Under the pieces are notes generated by a model, which ran no database searches, was not told where the DNA came from, and was given only the letters and a program-made list of their open reading frames with translations. 64,000 bases of DNA, taken from positions 27,876-91,875 of the forward strand of contig JAUXPH010000057.1 in NCBI GenBank assembly GCA_030683995.1. Reading direction: 5' to 3'. Shown piece after piece: positions 51,138 through 58,282 of the stretch. Each line of letters opens with the position of its first letter. Positions within the stretch are counted from its first letter, which is position 1. The translations under genes were made by a program, and so were the position numbers. The DNA comes from Lutibacter sp. GTDB lineage: Bacteria > Bacteroidota > Bacteroidia > Flavobacteriales > Flavobacteriaceae.

Positions 51138-51209
51138 GCTAGCGCGAGCTTACGGCTCATGACTGCGCTAACAAGGTAACAAAAGCACGAGCGAGACGCT
51201 CGCGCCAGC
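51138..51209. repeat. REP-like inverted doublet
   Basis: GCTAGCGCGAGCTTACGGCTCATG ... CACGAGCGAGACGCTCGCGCCAGC; imperfect 24-bp inverted pair, each unit with a GAGC-n5-GCTC hairpin. Confidence 0.65.
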
Positions 51210-51319
51210 AGATGGATTCTGTAACAAGCCTACCGGTTGGATAAGAGGGTTCTAATACTTTAAGGCATAAAAAAAACACTTCAATGGAAGTGCTTTTTTA
51301 TTTTATCGAAGCCAATTGA

Positions 51320-51700
51320 TTAAATATCTTCAAAATTTACGTCGGTAAAACTTTCTGATCCCGATACGGTTTCTTCAGTTTCTTCGGTTCCGTCAGATGG
51401 TCTTTTAAAATCTTTTTGGTGACGTTCAGAAATTACTTCTTCACCTTTTTCATTTAAAATATAATTTGTTGCTTCTTTTAACATATCATTAAACTCTACA
51501 AAATCTTCTTTGTATAAATAAATTTTATGCTTTTTGTAATGGAAAGATCCATCGTCGTGTGTGAATTTTTTACTTTCGGTAATAGTTAAGTAATAATCTT
51601 CGGCTTTTGTTGCTCTTACATCAAAAAAGTAAGTTCTTCTTCCTGCTCTAAGAACCTGAGAGAATATCTCTTCTTGTTCTAAATGTTCATTGTCATTCAT
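51320..51700 (-). CDS. DUF3276 (Pur-alpha-like) protein
   Basis: IFSQVLRAGRRTYFFDV, YLTITESKK and HKIYLYKEDF motifs. Confidence 0.9.
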   Translation of the reverse strand: MNDNEHLEQEEIFSQVLRAGRRTYFFDVRATKAEDYYLTITESKKFTHDDGSFHYKKHKIYLYKEDFVEFNDMLKEATNYILNEKGEEVISERHQKDFKRPSDGTEETEETVSGSESFTDVNFEDI

Positions 51701-51779
51701 ATATAACTCTCTATTTAATTAATCTTTTTATTAGATATTGACACAAATCTATAAAATAATTTGACTTTTTACACTATTT

Positions 51780-53534
51780 TCAAATTTCTTTTTCCAAAAG
51801 TTGCTGTTCATAAAGTTCTTTATAGTAGCCATCAATTTTAATCAACTCAGTATGTGAACCTTGCTGAATTACTTTCCCTTTTTCCAATACCAAAATGCTG
51901 TCGGCATTTTTTACCGATGAAATTCTGTGGCTTACAATAATGGTGGTTTTATTTTGGCTTATTTTAAACAAGTTGTTGAGTATAATTTCTTCTGTTTCTG
52001 TATCCACTGCGGATAAGCAATCATCAAAAATTAAAATTTCAGGTTCTTTAATCAGCGCACGGGCAATGGAAACCCGCTGTTTTTGTCCGCCCGACAAGGT
52101 AACGCCTCTTTCTCCTACAAAGGTGTTGTAACCTTCGTTAAACTCGATGATATTGTGGTGAATGTAGGCATCTTTGGCAGCTTGCTCAATTTTTTCGTCA
52201 GAAGCAGCTTCCTCGCCAAATTTGATATTGTTTTTTATGGTATCAGAAAACAAAAAAGCTTCTTGCGGAACAAAACCGATGCTTTGTCGCAGATTGTCTA
52301 AATTGAGTTGTTCAATAGGTTTTTGGTCGATTAAAATCACCCCCGATTTTACATCATACAAACGGGCAATTAAACTGATAAGCGTTGTTTTTCCCGATCC
52401 TGTATTTCCTAAAACACCGAGTGTTTTCCCTTTTTCAAGTTTGAAATTGATGTGCTGCAGCGCTTCAATATTGGTGTCGTCATAGGTAAACGACACATTT
52501 TTAAATTCGATTTCACCTTCAATTTTTGATGGTTTATCGTTGTTGTTAACAATTTCAGGTTCCTGTTTTAAAAACTCGTTGATCCGTATTTGCGATGCTT
52601 CAGCCTCCTGAATGATGGAAGTTACCCAGCCCACAACGGCAACCGGCCAAGTAAGCATATTGATGTACATAATAAATTCGGCAATAACGCCCAATTTAAT
52701 GGTGCCTTCAATATAGCGCAATCCGCCGACATAAATAACCAAAATATTGCTTAAACCAATCAATAAAATCATGGATGGAAAAAACAAGGCTTGAACTTTA
52801 AACAAGCTGATGTTTTTTTCTTTGGCTTTATCGGACAAGTGTTCGAATTCATCCATTGCTTTTTCTTCAACGCCATACGATTTTAAAATGCTGATTCCAG
52901 AAAAAGTTTCTTGGGCGCTTGAAGTTAATTTCGATAAATATTGTTGTACAACGGTGCTTCGTTGGTTAATGATATTGCTTAAATAATAAATCAATACCGA
53001 TAAAATAGGCAAGGGCAAAAGCGTGTAGTTGGTTAAAGTGACATCAATATGGTACATTTTAATAATAGCCACGGAAAATAACACCAGCATATTGATGCTG
53101 TACATAATGGCCGGCCCGGCGTACATACGCACTTTGCTCACATCTTCGGTTATGCGATTCATTAAATCGCCAGTTCGGTTTTTTTTGTAAAAATTTAAGG
53201 ATAAAAGCTGGTATTGCCGGTAAATTTCATTTTTTAAGTCGAATTCAATCAACCGCGACATCACAATAATGGTTTGACGCATTAAAAAAGTGAAAAACCC
53301 CGAAAGCAGGGCTGCCGCAACAATTAAAAGGATGTTATAAAGCAATTCTGATTTCACCACGGCCAAATCGGTAACAATACCATTTCTGTAATCTTCGGCA
53401 ACATTTATCGATTCCCTAATAATTTGGGGAACCTGCAATGCCAATATTTTAGACGCAATGGTGATAATGATGCCTAATAAAAGTCGGTATTTATATTTTA
53501 AAAAGTATTTGTTTAGGTATGATAAAGCTTTCAT
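51780..53534 (-). CDS. ABC exporter, fused permease and ATPase (MdlA/MsbA-like)
   Basis: Six-TM domain (TGDLMNR), GNTGSGKT, LSGGQKQR and DDCLSAVD motifs. Confidence 0.95.
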   Translation of the reverse strand: MKALSYLNKYFLKYKYRLLLGIIITIASKILALQVPQIIRESINVAEDYRNGIVTDLAVVKSELLYNILLIVAAALLSGFFTFLMRQTIIVMSRLIEFDLKNEIYRQYQLLSLNFYKKNRTGDLMNRITEDVSKVRMYAGPAIMYSINMLVLFSVAIIKMYHIDVTLTNYTLLPLPILSVLIYYLSNIINQRSTVVQQYLSKLTSSAQETFSGISILKSYGVEEKAMDEFEHLSDKAKEKNISLFKVQALFFPSMILLIGLSNILVIYVGGLRYIEGTIKLGVIAEFIMYINMLTWPVAVVGWVTSIIQEAEASQIRINEFLKQEPEIVNNNDKPSKIEGEIEFKNVSFTYDDTNIEALQHINFKLEKGKTLGVLGNTGSGKTTLISLIARLYDVKSGVILIDQKPIEQLNLDNLRQSIGFVPQEAFLFSDTIKNNIKFGEEAASDEKIEQAAKDAYIHHNIIEFNEGYNTFVGERGVTLSGGQKQRVSIARALIKEPEILIFDDCLSAVDTETEEIILNNLFKISQNKTTIIVSHRISSVKNADSILVLEKGKVIQQGSHTELIKIDGYYKELYEQQLLEKEI

Positions 53535-53849
53535 AAGGAATTTAAATGCAATGAATTTTGTAAGATGCGAAGATACGGGAAAAAAAAATTAAAAAGAGGA
53601 AGACAGAAGTCCGAAATTGAATAAGGCAATAGAAACTGACCAACACTAATCTGGGAAGATTATGTCATAAAACAGCTTGTCAATTTAAATGAGAAAAACA
53701 AAACAAAGTATTCAGGAGTAACTCAGCAAAGGGCCAATATTTATTAAAATGATTCTTTGAATTCGAATCATTTAATCTTATATGTGACTAACATTCATTT
53801 CCAATTTCAATAAACATTTAGTGAAATTAATTTCAATAATTACTGATGA

Positions 53850-53900
53850 AAAATACTCAATATTAGGTATTTACATTCGTAAATTTTGGTTGTAACTTTA
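53850..53900 (+). promoter_or_regulatory. 28-bp box, copy 2, plus weak sigma70 promoter
   Basis: Box at 53850-53877; TTTA (53870-53873), 19-nt spacer, TAACTTTA (53893-53900). Confidence 0.85.
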
Positions 53901-53993
53901 ATTGGGAATTTTATAAACGCTAAATGTATTTAAGTTTTGTAATAGTAATGATGTTTTATGAATAGAATAGGTAACCTTTAAATTTTTAAAATT

Positions 53994-54617
53994 ATGAAAA
54001 AGCTTAGTTTTTTAGCCGTAATGGCTTTGTTAATGATGTTCGGTTGTTCTAAAGAAGAAATGACAAATACCGATCAAGAACTGTTTTCTGTTGAGAAAAA
54101 TAACCAACCTAGTATTGGTGCGAAAAGGGGGTTAGGTAATCCAGATGCATTTGGGAGTGAAATAAAGTTCTATTTTAAATCTGATATTACTTCGATTCCA
54201 ATAGATTGTCTAAAACCATACAAGTTTCCTATAACTGGTAAAGTTGAAGGAAAAATTCATGGATATGGTATTATTAATCCAAATTTGAGTTTTTACAATG
54301 TGATTAATTGTGAAAAAGTTACCGATGTAAGAGAATTATGGGGTGAAAAAGATAAATATAATATAGAAATAACAGCAACGGTATTTATAACTGTTAATGA
54401 TTCTTTCAATATTCATCTTAATGGGAACTTTTATCCTTGGTTTGTGAATCCTCCTTATGGATATCCATGTGGTAGTTTTGAGCAAATATCTTGCACCACT
54501 TTGGGTGGAAAAGGTAAATTTGAAGATTTTAATAATATCGATTTTGATGTAAGAGGTGGATTGAGGGGAATTAACTTAGAAACTGGCGAAATGATATTAT
54601 CAATTTTTAAACTCTAA
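53994..54617 (+). CDS. Lipoprotein paralogue 1 (L1), unknown family
   Basis: Lipobox FGC18 followed by SKEE; shares GxIxGYGxIN, GNxYP and GINLxTGE motifs with L2-L4. Confidence 0.88.
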   Translation: MKKLSFLAVMALLMMFGCSKEEMTNTDQELFSVEKNNQPSIGAKRGLGNPDAFGSEIKFYFKSDITSIPIDCLKPYKFPITGKVEGKIHGYGIINPNLSFYNVINCEKVTDVRELWGEKDKYNIEITATVFITVNDSFNIHLNGNFYPWFVNPPYGYPCGSFEQISCTTLGGKGKFEDFNNIDFDVRGGLRGINLETGEMILSIFKL

Positions 54618-54649
54618 AATCTTTAAATTTAATTCAATAAAAAATAATG

Positions 54650-54700
54650 AAAATACTCAATATTAGGTATTTACATTCGTAAAATTAGGTTGTAACTTTA
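54650..54700 (+). promoter_or_regulatory. 28-bp box, copy 3, plus weak sigma70 promoter
   Basis: Box at 54650-54677; TTTA, 19-nt spacer, TAACTTTA (54693-54700). Confidence 0.85.
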
Positions 54701-54762
54701 TTTAGAAGTTTTTTTCAGACAATTAAAACTATTATGTTTTGTGATATAAATCCTTTTTTCGG

Positions 54763-54804
54763 AATAGAATTAGTAACATTTAAATTATTAAAATAATGAA
54801 ATGA
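54763..54804 (+). pseudogene. Remnant 5' leader and start (ATG AAA TGA) of a lost lipoprotein paralogue
   Basis: 54763-54801 matches the L3 leader (56743-56781) at 38 of 39 bases, then hits an immediate stop. Confidence 0.65.
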
Positions 54805-54910
54805 ACAAACTAAAAAGAGCACTAACACCGATGTTATATTAATTGTATTCAAATTTGTAAGAAATTAAATTGATAAATAAAATAAAAAAATAACAGTAAA
54901 TATTTTACCT

Positions 54911-55714
54911 ATGAAAACACCAGCTTATTTTATTCTCATCATGTTGATATTATGCTCAACAACTACAAATGCCCAATTTCTTAAAGACCTTAAAAAGAGG
55001 GTGGAGGAGAGATTAGTAGAAACCGTAATCGAAAAAACTGCGGAAAAGGTCTCCCAAAAAGCCAGTAATTCTATGGATAGAGCTTTTGACCTCGATTTAA
55101 AAACCAATAATCAAGGGAAAAAAATTTCTCCTCAAAATTTACCGGGCTCATTTGATTTTGATTATAAATATCGTTTATCAATCACCAATGGAAAAGGTGC
55201 AATGAACTTGGATTATTTATTGAAATCAGAGGCGAATTATCTTGGCATTAAGGCAGATATGGATTCCGAAATATTAATGATTATGGATAGAGGTCAGAAT
55301 ATAAACTATATGTTTATGAATACTGTAGATGATAAAATTTGTACTTCCACGGAGCTTATCATAAATAACGAGCCCTGTAATTTAAGTGATTACACGGTTA
55401 CAGAGTTACCTAACAAAACATTTTTAAGGTATGATTGCAAGGGCCTGAGAATTGAAAACAGTGATTATGTTTTTACTATGTACTTCGCCAATGAAACACC
55501 GATAAGTATTAATGATGTTTTTAAAACAGATTCAAGTAGATTTCCAACGATAATACAAAGCCAGTTACAAGGTAGCGAAAATGCGCTTATAATGTATATG
55601 GAAATGAAAGATAAGAAAAATAAAGGGAAAAAAAGCAACTCGGGAATTATGGAATGTACTTTGCTTGAACCTATTAGCTTTACTTTTAACACAAGTGGGT
55701 ATCAATTTATGTAA
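54911..55714 (+). CDS. Secreted protein, DUF4412/GLPGLI-like
   Basis: Sec signal followed by AQFLKDLKKRVEE helical N-terminus and KTFLRYDCKG motif; unrelated to L1-L4. Confidence 0.7.
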   Translation: MKTPAYFILIMLILCSTTTNAQFLKDLKKRVEERLVETVIEKTAEKVSQKASNSMDRAFDLDLKTNNQGKKISPQNLPGSFDFDYKYRLSITNGKGAMNLDYLLKSEANYLGIKADMDSEILMIMDRGQNINYMFMNTVDDKICTSTELIINNEPCNLSDYTVTELPNKTFLRYDCKGLRIENSDYVFTMYFANETPISINDVFKTDSSRFPTIIQSQLQGSENALIMYMEMKDKKNKGKKSNSGIMECTLLEPISFTFNTSGYQFM

Positions 55715-55818
55715 ATATATAAAAATCTCTTAAATACAATTTCAAAACTTTTGGTGACTTATTATTGTTATGTGTTTAAAATTTTTAAAAAAGTAAAAAC
55801 AACAATGAAACAACTTAA

Positions 55819-55869
55819 AAAATACTCAATATTAGGTATTTACATTCATAAATTTTGGATGTAACTTTA
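55819..55869 (+). promoter_or_regulatory. 28-bp box, copy 4, plus weak sigma70 promoter
   Basis: Box at 55819-55846; TTTA, 19-nt spacer, TAACTTTA (55862-55869). Confidence 0.85.
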
Positions 55870-55897
55870 ATATGCAATTTCTTAAATTTTTAAAATC

Positions 55898-56593
55898 ATG
55901 AAAAAGCTTAGTTTTTTAGCCGTTTTGGCTTTGTTAATTATGTTCGGTTGCTCAAAAGAAGAAATGACAAATACCGAACAAGAACTGTTTTCTGTAGAGA
56001 AAAATAACCAATCTATTTTCAATAATGACCAAAGTGGCAAATCAGTAAGTACAGTTTCTGAAATTAGGTTCGTGAGTAATTCTATTGAAAATGGTAACTT
56101 TATTGAGGATGGATGCCTTATATCTCCATATAATCCCCCACTGATAAGAAGATTACTTGAAGAAGGAATGTTTAGTGGTTCTATTGAAGGTTATGGAAAC
56201 ATCAACCCAAAAATTAGTAAGTACCAAATAGTTGGTTGTGATATAGCTCTTAATGATGGTGGAATAAATAGGCAAATTGAACCTGAATATGTAGAAGCTA
56301 ATATGTATAAATTAACAATAGTAGGAAAAATTTCGTTAAGTCCAAGAGATTATTTTACCATCCAAATTTCTGGAAATGTATATCCTATTAGTTATACAGA
56401 AGCTGCAGGAGGACCACACGCGTGGATAAATTTTGATGGAGGAAATTTTGAAGGGATTGGAACAGTTAATACTGTATCTGGAAAACTTAATGGTTTGTTA
56501 TATAAAGAATTCCGTGTTTACGGTTTAATTTGGAGAGGAATAAACGATTTTAGAAACGGTAAAATGTATTTAGATATCACTGATCAGTATTAA
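55898..56593 (+). CDS. Lipoprotein paralogue 2 (L2)
   Basis: First 38 aa nearly identical to L1; lipobox FGC followed by SKEE. Confidence 0.88.
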   Translation: MKKLSFLAVLALLIMFGCSKEEMTNTEQELFSVEKNNQSIFNNDQSGKSVSTVSEIRFVSNSIENGNFIEDGCLISPYNPPLIRRLLEEGMFSGSIEGYGNINPKISKYQIVGCDIALNDGGINRQIEPEYVEANMYKLTIVGKISLSPRDYFTIQISGNVYPISYTEAAGGPHAWINFDGGNFEGIGTVNTVSGKLNGLLYKEFRVYGLIWRGINDFRNGKMYLDITDQY

Positions 56594-56627
56594 TAAGTGA
56601 ACAAAATTAATTTCAATCATCTTATGA

Positions 56628-56678
56628 AAAATACTCAATATTAGGTATTTACATTTATAAATTTTTGTTATAAATTTA
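56628..56678 (+). promoter_or_regulatory. 28-bp box, copy 5, plus weak sigma70 promoter
   Basis: Box at 56628-56655; TTTA, 19-nt spacer, TAAATTTA (56671-56678). Confidence 0.85.
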
Positions 56679-56775
56679 ATAAGTAAGGAATTTTTTTAAA
56701 TGATTTAGTAATAAAGTTTTAATATAATAATCTTGTTTTGTAAATAGAATTAGTAACATTTAAATTATTAAAATT

Positions 56776-57390
56776 ATGAAAAAGTTTAAATTTTTAGCCG
56801 TAATGGCTTTGTTTATGGTGTTCGGTTGCGCTAAAGATGAGGTGATAACCGATGAACATAAACTGTTTTCTGAAGAGAATAACCAATCTGTTAATTGGAA
56901 ATCAGGTGTTGGGCCAAGAATTAATTTTTACGGTACTTCTAATGAATCTGGGGGGTATTATGATTTACTTAAAAATCCCACGACAGATGCTGACAGGAAA
57001 TTACTTAAAAAAGGAACTTTTAGCGGTAAATTACCTGGTTTTGGGCATATTAAGTTTAAAGTAAGCACATATGAATTCTCTACACCTGAAGAAACTGTCA
57101 GTCAAAAGAATGATTCAATATATTGTGATGAATCCGGTTATTTATTGACAGCTGAAGGGAAGATTATTTTAGAATCCAGAGATTCATGTTCTATTTCCAT
57201 AACTGGATATTTATGTACAACGGCAGATAATTTTGCAGGTTTTAGTGGGGTAGCCAAAACTCATTCGGGAGTTGGTAAATTAAAAAATTTTAATAAATGG
57301 TTTAAAGTTTACCAGAATGGAATTTCTTCACCAGGAATTAACTTAACTACTGGTGAAATAAGACTGTATTTGTCTGAAAGTAATTTTTAA
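56776..57390 (+). CDS. Lipoprotein paralogue 3 (L3)
   Basis: Lipobox FGC followed by AKDE; GTFSGKLPGFG, GKLKNFNK and GINLTTGE motifs. Confidence 0.88.
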   Translation: MKKFKFLAVMALFMVFGCAKDEVITDEHKLFSEENNQSVNWKSGVGPRINFYGTSNESGGYYDLLKNPTTDADRKLLKKGTFSGKLPGFGHIKFKVSTYEFSTPEETVSQKNDSIYCDESGYLLTAEGKIILESRDSCSISITGYLCTTADNFAGFSGVAKTHSGVGKLKNFNKWFKVYQNGISSPGINLTTGEIRLYLSESNF

Positions 57391-57416
57391 ATAAAAAAAA
57401 TTAAAATTTAATAATC

Positions 57417-58079
57417 ATGAAAAAGTTTGGAATTTTAGCCGTATTGGCTATGTCAATGATGTTCAGTTGTTCAAAAGATGAAGTGATAACTACCGAACAA
57501 GTACCAATCTCTGTAGAGAAAAATAGCCAACCTATTATCAATGGTGAAAAAGGACCGACTAATGGGAATTCTGGAGTCGGTGGAATAAGTTTTTTTAGTA
57601 CTTCCAATAAAGATGGTGATTTTATTAAAGAATGGACACAAGAAGCTGTGAATCCATATCCTAATATTAAATTAGACAGAAAAATACTTCGTAACGGAAC
57701 ATTTAGAGGTAAATTAAATGGGTATGGAACAATTAATTCGACTTTAAGTTCTTCGTACACATTTGCTTCTTGTGAACCAGCGCCTATTGATTGTCCGCCA
57801 AATTGTGGAGAACCTTTAATGTTTAAACTAATAGGTTACGGAACAATTTATATAAGTACGAGGGATTATTGTTCAATTACCATTACAGGAAATCTTTATC
57901 CTTGGTATTATACTGATATACGGTTTGATGGCGGATTTTTTATAGGAATTGCCACAACTTATGGTGGTGCTGGTAAATTAAAAAATTTTAATAAAACTTT
58001 TTGGATTTGGAGGAGTGGTATGGATAGAAGTGGTATTAATTTAACAACGGGAGAAATAAGTTTTGATATTAGGGAATAG
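57417..58079 (+). CDS. Lipoprotein paralogue 4 (L4)
   Basis: Lipobox FSC followed by SKDE; GTFRGKLNGYG, GKLKNFNK and GINLTTGE motifs; 26 bp after L3, with no box of its own. Confidence 0.88.
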   Translation: MKKFGILAVLAMSMMFSCSKDEVITTEQVPISVEKNSQPIINGEKGPTNGNSGVGGISFFSTSNKDGDFIKEWTQEAVNPYPNIKLDRKILRNGTFRGKLNGYGTINSTLSSSYTFASCEPAPIDCPPNCGEPLMFKLIGYGTIYISTRDYCSITITGNLYPWYYTDIRFDGGFFIGIATTYGGAGKLKNFNKTFWIWRSGMDRSGINLTTGEISFDIRE

Positions 58080-58173
58080 CTTAAAGAATTTAAAATTATT
58101 TCAAATTAATTGGAAGAGTAAGCATTTCTTTTTAAAACACCATCTCAAAAAGAGTTTAAGCTAATAACTATTT

Positions 58174-58209
58174 AAAAAATCTCTTGGTTCTTGAGTCGTG
58201 AGATTTTTT
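58174..58209. terminator. Probable terminator at the end of the lipoprotein array
   Basis: AAAAAATCTC...GAGATTTTTT inverted repeat between convergent genes. Confidence 0.55.
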
Positions 58210-58282
58210 ATGGTTTTAAAGTTTCTTGGGTACTTTCATTTTAACTTTTAAACAGATAAACAAATAAACGACTAACAGCAAC

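Noticed and set aside
53746-53773. AAATGATTC...GAATCATTT inverted repeat upstream of the array
   Set aside because: Single occurrence, AT-rich, no U-tract; no function can be supported.
53847-53867. Micro-ORF MKNTQY overlapping box copies 2 and 5
   Set aside because: The frame is not kept in copies 1, 3 and 4, so it is a by-product of the box sequence.
53850-56655. Repeated 28-bp box as a CRISPR array or integron attC-like cassette boundary
   Set aside because: Spacing is irregular (about 0.8-1.2 kb), the intervals contain whole genes, each box sits at a fixed distance from promoter elements, and no cas or integrase gene is present.
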